Origin: Chlamydiales bacterium | Lineage (GTDB): Bacteria > Chlamydiota > Chlamydiia > Chlamydiales > JAAZZY01 | Direction: 5' to 3' | Assembly (NCBI GenBank): GCA_965206695.1 | Contig: CBDBKM010000010.1 | Location: forward strand, 416,001-480,000 | Length of the DNA: 64,000 nt | Shown: positions 1 to 10,406 of the stretch, piece after piece | How positions within the stretch are numbered: the first letter of the stretch is position 1 | Layout: every line of letters starts with the position of its first letter | The notes under the pieces: generated by a model | Seen by the model: the letters and a program-made list of their open reading frames with translations, nothing else | Told to the model about the DNA's origin: nothing | The model's database searches: none | Program-made: the position numbers and the translations under genes

Positions 1-431
1 CAATTCCCTTATAGGCTACTGTAAGCATAAGAATATTAATATCTATTTTCCCAAACTTCCGGTTCGTTCGATCAAGAGCCAATTTCAGTTTTTTATTTTT
101 TAGATCAAAAAGGGTGATTACCATAGAAGCAAGGGCAAAAGGATCAAATTTTAGAAATCTAAAGAATCTCTAAATGCGTTTGTAGCATGACTCCGGAAGA
201 GACTGCGTGATAAAAGAGGTTGCAAGATGTGCGAAATTCACAGTCTTAACAGTGATCATTGCTATCACAAGCTGAGCAAGGCAATCAGCACGAGCCTTGT
301 GAAAATTGAAGTATCGGTTTAAGATCCCGGATAACTCATTGATATGCATGTTAAAATCTCCTTTTTTTTCAAAAAAGATTACTGCATATCAGCGAGTTAC
401 TTCAATCTCATTTTTTTTGTCCTGTACTAAG
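1..431 (-). mobile_element. IS4-family (IS10/ISAba1-like) element, 5' part with inactivated transposase, running off the window
   Basis: Minus strand from ATG at 349 reads MHINELSGILNRYFNFHKARADCLAQLVIA...CYKRI*RF and later LALDRTNRKFG (family motif LDRTNWKFG); internal stop; terminal CTTAGTACAGGAC at 431-419. Confidence 0.75.
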
Positions 432-614
432 TTCAAAAGCTTCAAAAGTACCTAATTTTTTTCAATAATAAATTAGATTACATATTTTAATTTAACCTTT
501 AAAATTACAATCAAATAACCTTAAAAGATGTTTACTGTTTATCATCTTTTAAGTTTAAGTAATACATTAATTATGTTATAATTTATTTAAATAAATAACC
601 TTATATTATAATTT

Positions 615-1922
615 ATGTTAAATGTATCCAGTAACTGTTATATAGAATTTAATCTAATAAATAATTATATATCTGATAATAAAGAGTATATTAAATCCGA
701 AATACAGAGGTATACTGATTATTTTATCAAGTATAAGAATGATCAAGGTATAGAATGTCATTTTAGTGCATATATAAAAGATACAACACCCGGCAGTTCA
801 CTAAGATACGGAGATTTAACAGAAAATTGGTTACAATTAAAGCCCTCTCAAAAAGAATCTATCTTAAATCAGGTTCAATCTTTAGCGTCTCATACGTTAT
901 CTAATTATAATAGAGCTTCTTGCTCGTCTTTTAGCGGGCAAAACTCCTCAGCATCAAGACAACATAAACCTGTATTGGATAATAGCATCATCATTAAGCA
1001 GTATCGTAGCGGAACTAAAAATCTCCAAGATGTTTTGAAGTGTACCGTATCTTTAATTACAAAACCTACCGCCAATTATCAAGATGCTATTAGATTACTC
1101 AACAATTTAACTGATGCCGGTATTACACCTAATGTGATTACCTATAATGCTGTCATCTCTGCTTGTGAAAAAGGTGGTAAAGCAGAGGAGGCTTTGGAGA
1201 TCTTTAAGGCAATTCCTGTTGGTATTACACTTGATGTGATTACCTATACTGCTGTCATCTCTGCTTGTGGAAAAGGTGGTAAAGCAGAGAAGGCTTTGGA
1301 GATCTTTAATAAGATGCTTGATGCCGGTATTACACCTAATGTGATTACCTATAATGCTGTCATCTCTGCTTGTGGAAAAGGTGGTAAAGCAGAGAAGGCT
1401 TTGGAGATCTTTAAGGCAATTCCTGTTGGTATTCCACTTAATGTAATTATCTATAATGCTGTCATCTCTGCTTGTGAAAAAGGTGGTAAAGCAGAGGAGG
1501 CTTTGGAGATCTTTAATAAGATGCCTGATGCCGGTATTACACCTAATGTGATTACCTATAATGCTGTCATCTCTGCTTGTGAAAAAGGTGGTAAAGCAGA
1601 GAAGGCTTTGGAGATCTTTAATAAGATGTATAGTAAAGGTTTGATACGGAAGTTAAGCCGTAATACATTAAACTTACATTACAAATCGTTTTATACTTAT
1701 CCAATAAAAGGCGGAGATGGCATGTCAGGAATCCATCCTTCTGTTGCCAAAGTAGCAATACAATTTTTTATGGATCGGAATAAAAGATCAAATATAACTG
1801 TTATCACGGGTTTTAATAGCGGTAGCGCATTAAAAGATAGTATTCTGGAATCTTTTAAAGATAGAGTAAAGGAACTCCCTAACAATCCTGGTCGATTGAT
1901 CATTTCCGGAGAGCTAGTATGA
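615..1922 (+). CDS. Pentatricopeptide repeat (PPR) protein with C-terminal SMR-like domain
   Basis: Five VITYNAVISACxKGGKAExALEIF...GITPN repeats of 34-35 aa plus one degenerate repeat upstream; C-terminus LNLH...VITG...LK...NNPGRL resembles SMR. Confidence 0.88.
   Translation: MLNVSSNCYIEFNLINNYISDNKEYIKSEIQRYTDYFIKYKNDQGIECHFSAYIKDTTPGSSLRYGDLTENWLQLKPSQKESILNQVQSLASHTLSNYNRASCSSFSGQNSSASRQHKPVLDNSIIIKQYRSGTKNLQDVLKCTVSLITKPTANYQDAIRLLNNLTDAGITPNVITYNAVISACEKGGKAEEALEIFKAIPVGITLDVITYTAVISACGKGGKAEKALEIFNKMLDAGITPNVITYNAVISACGKGGKAEKALEIFKAIPVGIPLNVIIYNAVISACEKGGKAEEALEIFNKMPDAGITPNVITYNAVISACEKGGKAEKALEIFNKMYSKGLIRKLSRNTLNLHYKSFYTYPIKGGDGMSGIHPSVAKVAIQFFMDRNKRSNITVITGFNSGSALKDSILESFKDRVKELPNNPGRLIISGELV
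1111..1628 (+). repeat. Tandem DNA repeat encoding the PPR array (alternating 102/105-bp units, 207-bp higher-order period)
   Basis: GATGCCGGTATTACACCTAATGTGATTACC recurs at 1113, 1320 and 1527. Confidence 0.95.
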
Positions 1923-2370
1923 TCTAATTTCCAATAATATTATTTGTTATATTTTCTAATTTTTTCCAATCAAAAGTTCTGAATGCGTCCAACCGTCCCC
2001 AATTTTTTCTCCTAAAACGATCCGAAAAAGCAAGATGAAGGTATAAATATTAAACTTTTTGATATAAACAGAGCTTTAATTTATCTTATTTCTTTATAGG
2101 TAGTTAACTTAATAGATGCAATTTTTATGTTAATTGATGGGCGAGTTCCTGATGCTTTTAAACATCCTTTTTATGAGGAGCCTCTCCCTATTTATAACGA
2201 TTGGAAGGAACAAGGTTTAGATGGTATAGGTTTAGATATTCATCTTATGCCTCAATATATTATGGAATTATTGAAATCTAAGTGACTATTTTTCTAAAAA
2301 GCTATTATGCTTTTTTTTAAAGGAGACGTGTGATGAATCAAATTGAAATGATCAGTTTAGAAGATTTAAT

Positions 2371-2838
2371 GGTTCATCCGCATAATTTAGACTTTTTGAG
2401 CATGCAAATGGTAGAGTCTTAATTTAAAATATTCCATATCTCGAAAACCGTATGCCTGCCGTTGTGATTTTGTTATTAATCCCTTCTGCTTTACCATTAG
2501 TAATCTTGTACTTGAAATAATTCAGTACATAATAAAAATGTCTCTCTAAACACCCGGCAACAAACCAAAGCGGTTTGATCCCAAGCCTGTTGACACTGTC
2601 AATCCATTTGAATAAAAATTTGGCGGCATGTGTAGCTCTTGTGTGAAGCCAAAATAAACGTAATTGTTTTTTAAGAGCATAAGGCCTGAACAAGCCGGGT
2701 ATTTACTGCGAAGAGTTTATTCAATGTTATTATTTCATCTTCTGAGAGAGATTAGAGTAATTTTTCAAAAGTAAAAAACGTTGCCCTTTAAGAACTTTTT
2801 TATCCTTTTTATCAAGCTGAGCGTACTCTTGTTTACGG
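2371..2838 (-). mobile_element. ISL3-family transposase 3' remnant
   Basis: ORF 2424-2693 carries the ISL3 motif NYFKYKITNGKAEGINNKI; terminal GGTTCATCCGCA at 2371. Confidence 0.75.
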
Positions 2839-2861
2839 AGCCTGTCGAGAGCTTTATTCAT

Positions 2862-3767
2862 TAGACTTCTTTCGAAACTCATTGTGCCACCTCCAAATTG
2901 TAAATGCCGGCAATTAGATTAAAACGAAGAGCAAACCTTTTACGCCTATTTCCGTAACGATCAGTTATAATCTTGAATCGCTTTAAACGGGCAATGACAT
3001 GTTCATTGAGAACTCGTTCTTTGGAAAGCTGTCGATTGCGTTTCTTATCATCTTTAGTCAATGGCTTCTTTTTACTTTTTTTCTTTGGCATTTGGATCTT
3101 AGTGTGAATATCTTGTAGACCTTGATATCCGGTATCAGTCAACACATTTATTTCCGGACGGATTTGTATTTTTGACTCTTTGAATAATCTGAAATCATGT
3201 AGCTTGCCATTCGAGAATGCCGTACAGATTACTTGTTGCGTCTTCTTGTTCACAACAACCTGAGTTTTTAGCGTATATTTTTTCTTTTTTCCTGAGTAAA
3301 AATACTTCTGTTTTTTTTTGGCCTTTCAATACGCGTTTCTGTTGCATCGATTAAAATAACGTCATATTCAACATCGCTCTTTAGAAGAGCTTTGCGTCCG
3401 GGCAAAGAGAAATCAGGGTGCTTGATTAATGTATCCTCGATCCACCTTACAGTTTTATAGGCAGTACTCTCACTAACACCGTAACTTTGACTCACATGGA
3501 AATAAGTCCCGTATTCTCGGATATATTCTAGAGTCATAAGCAGCATATCCTTTATGCTTAGTTTGTTCTTCCTACCACCTTTAACTTTTTTGAGTTTGTT
3601 CGATTCTTCTAAAATCAACTGCATCCTATCAAATGTAGCTTTCTTAATGCCCGTTAGCCGACGAAATCTTTCGTCGTCTAAACTTTTAACTGTTTCAAAC
3701 TTCATGTTATCCTCACTTATTTTAACAAGAACATTATTATCAAAAAATTAGTTTCGAAAGAAGTCTA
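2862..3767 (-). mobile_element. IS5-family (ISL2 group) element, apparently complete, two ORFs joined by a probable -1 frameshift
   Basis: Perfect 18-bp terminal IRs TAGACTTCTTTCGAAACT (2862-2879, 3750-3767); ORFs 3268-3705 (IDATE) and 2879-3253 (DTGYQG, RVLNEH) with an A-run at the junction. Confidence 0.92.
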
Positions 3768-4014
3768 TTGTTAAGCAAGGCAAATCAGTTAATATTTTAT
3801 GAACTGAAAAAATGATATATTAGTTGATTTTGCGTAAGGTGAGTCACTAAATATAAAAAAAGAAAATATTCTGGATGAAAAAAATATACTTATGTTAATC
3901 AAAAATTATGGGGCAAGAAATTATTCGGCTTTGAGATTTAGGTTTTGATACTATATAAAAATTCGAGTCTTTTTGAAAAAAAAATTATGTAAATTTAATA
4001 CATGAGTTTGATTA

Positions 4015-4806
4015 GTGGACTTACCGGAAAAAATTGCAGCAGATCATTTATACCATATTGTAGTTGATACAGATCGCTACATTGCATATTTTGCAACAAA
4101 ACCTGAAGAATTGGATGCTATTTTTACACTTCGTTATCAGGTTTTTAATCTGGAACTGGGAGCTCGAACATCTATTCATCACTCTTCTTCTTTCCATGAT
4201 CGAGACGAATATGACGCAGTTTTTGACCATATCATGGTTTTATATAAACCAACGAATCAAGTTGTCGGGACTTATCGAATTCAGACATCTCAAATGGCAT
4301 TAAAAAATAATGGGTTTTATTCCGAGAATGAATTTGATATCTCTTCTTTGCCTTATGAGTATCTTCATTATTCCTTAGAGGTGGGAAGAGCTTGTATCGA
4401 TAAGGAACATCGTAATAAAGGTATTCTTTTTTTACTCTGGAAGATGATAGCCAAATACCTTGTTTTTCATGAAAAAAGATATATGTTCGGCTGTAGTTCT
4501 ATTGGATTTGAAAGTAAAGAGAAGGCGGCCGCCTTTCTTCATTATTTTGCAAAAAATGGCTTTATGCACCCCACTATTAAACTAGGTGTAACAGAACAGT
4601 TTTCGTTAGATATTTCCAAGATAGCGGATGATGAATCCCTACTTCAAGATATTAAGATTCCTGAATTATTTAGAATCTATCTAAAGCATAAAGCTAACAT
4701 ATGTAGTCTTCCTGCTTACGATAAAATGTTTAATACTGTAGACTTTCTGACTTTATTAGATATCAATGATATAAGTCCAAAACAGTATGAATTTTTCATT
4801 AGCTAA
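4015..4806 (+). CDS. GNAT-family N-acyltransferase, OlsB-like (ornithine/amino-lipid synthesis)
   Basis: Motifs LRYQVF, DRDEYD..FDH, VGTYR, GFYSENEFD, EVGRAC, YMFGCSS typical of the OlsB/Acetyltransf_5 family. Confidence 0.8.
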   Translation: MDLPEKIAADHLYHIVVDTDRYIAYFATKPEELDAIFTLRYQVFNLELGARTSIHHSSSFHDRDEYDAVFDHIMVLYKPTNQVVGTYRIQTSQMALKNNGFYSENEFDISSLPYEYLHYSLEVGRACIDKEHRNKGILFLLWKMIAKYLVFHEKRYMFGCSSIGFESKEKAAAFLHYFAKNGFMHPTIKLGVTEQFSLDISKIADDESLLQDIKIPELFRIYLKHKANICSLPAYDKMFNTVDFLTLLDINDISPKQYEFFIS

Positions 4807-5578
4807 ACTAGTACGTACTATTCGACGTGTTATAACTTTATCTCTCTTTTTAATATATTATAATATCTTCTGGTATATCGGATTTTGTTTAACATTCCCT
4901 TTCAAGCCTCTACATCGGAAATGGAGAGTGATGGCAACTAAAGCCTTAGGGACAGGCATCCTTTTTTGTTTTGGTGCTAAGCTGCATATTAAAGGCCTCC
5001 CCCCTAAGAAACCCTTTCTTTTAGTCAGCAATCATTTAAGTTATATAGATATCTTTGTCTACTATGCCACTGCCCCCTGTACACTCATTTCAAAAATGGA
5101 AATCGGAAAATGGTTTATGGTGGGCCCTATCGCAAAAGGATTAGGTACTATTTTTATCGATAGAGGTAGTAAAAGGGATTTACTTAGGATCAATGACCTT
5201 ATCGAGAGACGCTTAAAGGAAAATAATGGTGTGATCTTCTTTCCGGAAGGAACGAGTTCTGATGGTGAAATGAAACGCTTCAAACCGTCTTTGTTTGCTT
5301 ACGCCTCTGAAAAGAAATTACCGGTATATTATTCATCCATCCAATACGAAACACTGCCCGGTGAAGGCTCTATAAAAAATGTGATTTGCTGGTGGGGCGA
5401 TATGACCCTACTCCCTCATATGTATAATCTGATGAGAATGCCTTATTTCAATGCTTATGTTGAGTTTAATCCACTTCCCATTGCGGGTGAAGATAGAAAA
5501 GAATTAGCGCATAATGTGCAAGAAGGAGTTACCAAACAGTTATCTGAAGTTAAAGTTTTTTCTTCCAAGGAAACATAG
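4787..5578 (+). CDS. Lysophospholipid acyltransferase (PlsC/OlsA-like)
   Basis: NHLSYID (HX4D), FIDR and FPEGT motifs; overlaps the upstream GNAT gene. Confidence 0.88.
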   Translation: MNFSLAKLVRTIRRVITLSLFLIYYNIFWYIGFCLTFPFKPLHRKWRVMATKALGTGILFCFGAKLHIKGLPPKKPFLLVSNHLSYIDIFVYYATAPCTLISKMEIGKWFMVGPIAKGLGTIFIDRGSKRDLLRINDLIERRLKENNGVIFFPEGTSSDGEMKRFKPSLFAYASEKKLPVYYSSIQYETLPGEGSIKNVICWWGDMTLLPHMYNLMRMPYFNAYVEFNPLPIAGEDRKELAHNVQEGVTKQLSEVKVFSSKET

Positions 5579-6128
5579 ACCGTTTCTTTATCTCAAAACC
5601 ACATCCTTTTATTAGGCCCGGCTTATGAAAATAATTCATTCGGGGCCAAAGCCTACAAACTAAAGGGCGTAGAAAATAGTGACCACATGAGCCATCCTTT
5701 TTTAAATATCTACAGCTCATGACCTTGATCCTATCTTTTTTATTTTCTATTAGAGCAAAATCTCTAAAATAAAATCCTAAAAATTCCGTATTCCAAATCT
5801 TTCGAATCATATTCAAATAGGGATAAATACCACCCTTAGTTGACCAATCCATATGAATAAAATGGCAACAATTTCCTCTTTGTTTACATTTTCCCTCCAA
5901 TTTATAGGGAGGGAGAACGACTAAATAAAGAAGTTTATACATCCAATAATCTAAAAGTACCGGAGGCAAGATCATGACTCGTACAGGCCAACGAATCCAT
6001 CCGGGAACCCTTTGGAAAGGAGCCTCTTTCTTAGGAGGTTTTGGAGTATTAGAATCTTCTAGTCCTGTGTGAGCTTTAAAATCCGGTAAATTTTGATTCT
6101 CAGAATACATCTTTAATTTAGGAGACAT
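5550..6128 (-). CDS. YkgJ-family cysteine-cluster (zinc/iron-chelating) protein
   Basis: CKQRGNCC ... CRYL...CGHY..RPLVCRLWP pattern. Confidence 0.7.
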   Translation of the reverse strand: MSPKLKMYSENQNLPDFKAHTGLEDSNTPKPPKKEAPFQRVPGWIRWPVRVMILPPVLLDYWMYKLLYLVVLPPYKLEGKCKQRGNCCHFIHMDWSTKGGIYPYLNMIRKIWNTEFLGFYFRDFALIENKKDRIKVMSCRYLKKDGSCGHYFLRPLVCRLWPRMNYFHKPGLIKGCGFEIKKRSMFPWKKKL

Positions 6129-6222
6129 AAAAAGGAGGGTTCATTAGTTATATGATAAAGATAAGGTAATGTGTTGGAAAAAATTTTAGCAAGTTAAAAA
6201 GGCTTAAAACGTAACTGTCGGT

Positions 6223-6645
6223 CTAGCCTGTAACCCTTCTATTGTATTGATTAATTTGTTTTGTTTCAAGTGATGGGCCGGTTTGTATTTTGAGAGCCTT
6301 TATTTGAGGTGTTAAGTTATCAAAAATATTTTTCGTATTTTCATATTGTTTTTGAATCTCGGCTGTTTGTAAGCAACACTTTGTTACTGTTGTCTTATGG
6401 ATTCCCTCTGCCGCAGCGTCTTGAAGGTTCCAGATCTCAGCTTGTAAATCAGTAAGCTGTTTTCCTAATTGATCAATTGTATGAGGAGAACCGGTTAATG
6501 TAGAATTTATCGCATCTTGATATTGAAGGGCGGTCTCCAGCTTCTCAATATCCTCTATAGATCTATCTGTATTTTTAGAGAGTTGAGAAATATTTTTTGA
6601 TAGTGTATGAAGTATAATATCACTACCTTTAGTTGTAAGAGTCAT
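6223..6645 (-). CDS. Hypothetical coiled-coil protein
   Basis: 140-aa ORF with heptad-like L/Q/E pattern; no recognised motif. Confidence 0.5.
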   Translation of the reverse strand: MTLTTKGSDIILHTLSKNISQLSKNTDRSIEDIEKLETALQYQDAINSTLTGSPHTIDQLGKQLTDLQAEIWNLQDAAAEGIHKTTVTKCCLQTAEIQKQYENTKNIFDNLTPQIKALKIQTGPSLETKQINQYNRRVTG

Positions 6646-6761
6646 AAAATCACCAAAATGGATAGTTTATTAAAAGGTTGTTTAATAAATCGCTTTTTTC
6701 ACTTAATAAAGTAATTATAGCAAAAATAATGTTAATTTTCAAGTTAAAATTTTAATAGTTT

Positions 6762-7043
6762 ATGAATGAATTAATCGACAAAATTAGTTTACTGTTACAC
6801 AAAGAGCTTAATGTAAGTTATTTAAAGTTATCAGATAAGAGCTCAAGACATAAAAAACATAAAAATAGAGGCAAAGGAGGCAACTATGATATGATCATCG
6901 TATCAGATATCTTTGAAAATAAATCAATTATGCAGCAACACCGCCTTATTAAATCAATTTTAAAGGATTTATTTAAAGAAGAGATTCATGCTTTAAGTAT
7001 TAAAAGCTATACGCCAAAAGAGTGGGCAAATCGGATAAGTTAG
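6762..7043 (+). CDS. bolA: BolA family protein
   Basis: D.S..H..H, IVSDIFE, QHRLI, IHALSIKSYTP.EW. Confidence 0.9.
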   Translation: MNELIDKISLLLHKELNVSYLKLSDKSSRHKKHKNRGKGGNYDMIIVSDIFENKSIMQQHRLIKSILKDLFKEEIHALSIKSYTPKEWANRIS

Positions 7044-7121
7044 CCTTTTTACTTTCCCGCAATTAGCAGTCTTTGTATGGTGGTCTTCTTTTGAACCCTC
7101 TTATTTACGAAGGAGAAGATT

Positions 7122-7460
7122 ATGAAATTACCGGCATTTGTTACCCTTCTTTATGGTCTTGTAGTGCTAATTGGTGGAATTACAGGCTATTTCATGGCCG
7201 AAAGCACCTTTTCTCTTCTAGCCGGACTAATGTTTGGAATTTTGATCTTAAATAGTTCCAGAAGAATCTTTAAGCAAGTGGATAAAGCTCATGTTTTAGC
7301 TTTATTTCAAAGCGTAGTTTTAGGAGCTTTCTTTATCTATCGGTATACGAAAACACATATGTTTTTTCCTGCCGGTATTTTAATCATATTAAGTGCTTTA
7401 ACAGCGGTTACATTACTTCTAACGTTTCCTAAGAAAACAGTTACACCTACATCTCAGTAA
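7122..7460 (+). CDS. TMEM14/FAX-family small membrane protein
   Basis: YG.VVLIGGITGYF.A.S..SL.AG ... FFPAG, four hydrophobic segments. Confidence 0.8.
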   Translation: MKLPAFVTLLYGLVVLIGGITGYFMAESTFSLLAGLMFGILILNSSRRIFKQVDKAHVLALFQSVVLGAFFIYRYTKTHMFFPAGILIILSALTAVTLLLTFPKKTVTPTSQ

Positions 7461-7480
7461 ACTTAAAAAAGAATACATTT

Positions 7481-7510
7481 AAACAAGCCACTTTAAAGCG
7501 GCTTGTTTTT
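7481..7510 (+). terminator. Rho-independent terminator
   Basis: AAACAAGCC-loop-GGCTTGTTT hairpin ending in a T tract, 20 nt after the stop codon. Confidence 0.7.
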
Positions 7511-7523
7511 ATTACTTAATTCA

Positions 7524-8001
7524 CCCTTTCAACATCGCACTGCGACAAATAGGAAGTATTTGAAACCGGCCCAATGCCGGTAAAGTCTATATAGTAAATT
7601 TTTGATAAAAAATATTATGGAAGGATTTTTATACCTAAAAGCTACCGGCACTTAGCCTATGAGCGAAAATATCAAATACATACTCTTCGCTACTAAAGAG
7701 CACACAAAAAATTATAAATATGATATTAATTTTGTATGAGCCGATTCACTCCAAATCAAAGAAGCACTTTTAAATTTCAGGTAAAAAAGACCCCTGATAT
7801 AGATTAACGTAATCGTTTGTGTATGCTTCTTGCACGAGATGACGGCCCGGGATTTCACTGCTCATGTTCTGCGCTTAAGCCGGTCGAACATTTATAAGTA
7901 TTTGAAGGTATTTCAATCAGAAAGAAAAACTCAGCATGATACCGAGGGAGAATCAGCCGGTAAGTTATCCAAACTGCAAACGCAAGAACGAGTAAAATAG
8001 C
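7524..8001 (+). mobile_element. Stacked remnants: IS30 left end and N-terminus (about 7524-7680), then an IS630 N-terminal remnant (about 7681-8000)
   Basis: 7524-7680 resembles the reverse complement of 13740-13894; 7681 onward resembles 58928 onward. Confidence 0.75.
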
Positions 8002-8512
8002 TTGCTCAATACACTTAATAGAAAGGTTAAAGTTTCAAAGATATATTTAAAAATTAGAAACATAAGACACGATTTCCATCATAAGCTTTCTACTCAGCCG
8101 ATACGTGAAAACCAAATGATCATAATTGAAGGGTTGTGTATAAAAAGCATGTTAAAAGATAGAAAATATGCCAAATATATATGCGACGAAGGATGGAAAC
8201 AATTTTTAACTTTTTTAAAATATAAAAGCGAGTGGTACGGGAGAAATATAGTAGAATTAGACCACTATTTTCCCGGTACACAAAAGTGTTCTGCATGCGG
8301 TCATAAACAAGAGAAGATATCCCCCGACATAAGAACTTGGGAGTACTCAAATTGTAAAATTAAGCATGACAGAGATTTTAATGCATCATATAATACATAT
8401 CCCGAAGGGCCGTCGGTAATTTAAGCCTTTGGAGATCATGTTAGACTCATTTTTTTGTTAGCCGTGGTCTGTGAATGAGGAATCCTTTCCCTTTAGGGTT
8501 GGGAGCTGTCAA
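8002..8512 (+). mobile_element. tnpB: IS200/IS605 tnpB 3' remnant with right end
   Basis: DFHHKLST, EGL.IK.M, LKYKSEWYGR, TQKCSACG, HDRDFNA motifs; right-end hairpin GAATCCTTTCCCTTTAGGGTTGGGAG followed by TCAA. Confidence 0.85.
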
Positions 8513-8670
8513 AATACATTTTCATCCCAATGCTAAAGCAAAGGGTTTTCTTGCTTAATTGTCATAAACAACACCGGGTTCTCTTTAAAAAATTTGCCGG
8601 AGGTCAATTAAGTGCCGGTTTGAGTACTATAGATACTCAATTATCCGGATCGATTTATTTGATGACTAAT

Positions 8671-9516
8671 TTAAAATAGCTTAAACTTGTTGAAACCCCC
8701 GGGCAAATCGGTATCAAATGTCATAAGTTTTTTCGAAACAGGATGTAACAGTTTTAGAGACTTTGCATGCAGAGCAAGCCTTCCGATTGAGTTGGTATCA
8801 GCTCCGTATTTTTCATCCCCTAAAATAGGTGTTTTATTTTCACTACAATGTGCGCGTATCTGATTTTTTCTACCTGTTTCCAGCCTAACACGAAGACATG
8901 ATATCTCATCTCTTTCATCAAGTACCTCATAATGGGTAATAGCCTTCTTTCCTATTTCCTCGTCATGAGTACTACGAACGACGAACTGACTATTTTCATG
9001 AAGATAAGATTCCCAAGTCCCTTTCTTACTAGCTAAAACGCCTTCAACAAGGGCAATGTAGATCCTATCAATCGTATGCTTTGAAAACATCTCTTTTAAA
9101 GTAACTCGCGCTTTCTCTGTCTTAGCGAATAAGATAATACCGGAAGCATCTCGATCTAGGCGATGAACAGGAAAAACTCTTGTAGGATAACAATGTTCTT
9201 TGATGAGGCCGTGTAAATGTTTTTCCTTTAAATCATTGCTGGCAACACTTAATAAGCCTCCGGGCTTATTAACTAAAATAATATGAGAATCCTCAAAAAT
9301 AATATTAAGCCTTTTAACAGTAGGTTTAACTAGATTAGCAAGTGTAATGCATTGTCCTTTTTTGACTTTTACTGAGGTTTTTTTTACGACGCGATTTTCT
9401 ACGGAGATGCGACCAAATTTTAACCACTGATTTAGGCTTCTAACAGAACTATTAGGAAATGAAGCTTTTAAAGCTTCTAAGATGGTTTGATCTTGTTGAA
9501 CTGTGGATTGAGCCAT
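8671..9516 (-). CDS. RluA/RluD-family pseudouridine synthase with N-terminal S4-like domain
   Basis: VNKPGGL, HRLDRDASG, LETGRKNQIRAH, PILGDEKYG, LALHA. Confidence 0.92.
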   Translation of the reverse strand: MAQSTVQQDQTILEALKASFPNSSVRSLNQWLKFGRISVENRVVKKTSVKVKKGQCITLANLVKPTVKRLNIIFEDSHIILVNKPGGLLSVASNDLKEKHLHGLIKEHCYPTRVFPVHRLDRDASGIILFAKTEKARVTLKEMFSKHTIDRIYIALVEGVLASKKGTWESYLHENSQFVVRSTHDEEIGKKAITHYEVLDERDEISCLRVRLETGRKNQIRAHCSENKTPILGDEKYGADTNSIGRLALHAKSLKLLHPVSKKLMTFDTDLPGGFNKFKLF

Positions 9517-9676
9517 ATTCTTCCTACTTAAAAGAAGTCATTATAAGGGATCAAAGGCCTTAGCTCAACACAAAAAAAGAATATATAAAAGCAAATATTT
9601 AAATTTATTTGGCCTGTTTTGCTTTGCTACGATCTCTTTTTAAGAAGAATGTTATAATAAACAAACTAATAAAAAG

Positions 9677-10406
9677 CTAAAGACCTATTAAGAAAAGGTC
9701 ATTAGAGGCCGGCATACCTGTTTGCTGATCTGTTAAATTATTGAGTAGTTGAAGAGACTGCTTACCTTCTAAACCGGTTTGGCCTAATGTGGATAGAGCT
9801 TCATTTGTAATCGGGTTGAAGTTGTTTAATTGAGATGCGATGTTACTATGATGGAAGATATCTCGCCGGACACGTATCGCTATTAAAATAGAGATACCCG
9901 CTCCTCCTGTGGCATTACGAATAAAATTGAAAAAACTTAAAGCATCTTCCGGATCTTTGCCTTTAAAGGTCTTCAGGCAAAGTGTGGTTATAGGAGCTAA
10001 ATGAAGAGCAAAGCCTACTCCGATAACCATACGTGAAATAGCAATTTCTTTAAATGAAGCTTCATTTGTTAATGTTAAAAGGTGTACAAAACCAACTATA
10101 AATATAAAAAAACAAAAGGCCAAGATATGTTTTAGAGGGACGTTTCTGATTAAAAAGGGCATAATGAAAGAAAAAAGTAGGGGCATTACTCCTATACAAG
10201 CTAAAATATACCCCGCCCATATAGCTGTGTAGCCCATTGTTCCTTCCGGCCACATAGCACTTCCCATTAGGGCAGCAAAAAGCATAAGAACCCGCGACAA
10301 TGATGAGTCCCGGGCAGTAATTGTAGTGTTTTAATAGCCTAAGAGGGATTAACGGATTATCATTTGTTAGTTCCCAAATAAGAAGAAAGCAGAAAGATAT
10401 AGTTGA
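9677..10406 (-). pseudogene. DHA2/EmrB-type MFS efflux transporter, 3' remnant truncated by IS630
   Basis: WELTNDNPLIPLRLL, MGYTAIWAG and FFNFIRN..GG.GISI in split frames; 5' part missing beyond the IS. Confidence 0.75.

Noticed and set aside
1111..1628. Regular repeats as a possible CRISPR array
   Set aside because: Units are contiguous, in-frame coding repeats without unique spacers; no cas genes seen
2127..2285. Short ORF MLIDGRVPDAFKHPFYEEP...
   Set aside because: About 52 aa, no recognisable motif, and ends in an IS5-like terminal sequence shared with 57603-57636; probably a fragment
8002..8424. Functional TnpB/Cas12f-like nuclease
   Set aside because: Only the C-terminal portion remains, the zinc finger is damaged and the N-terminal region with RuvC-I is absent
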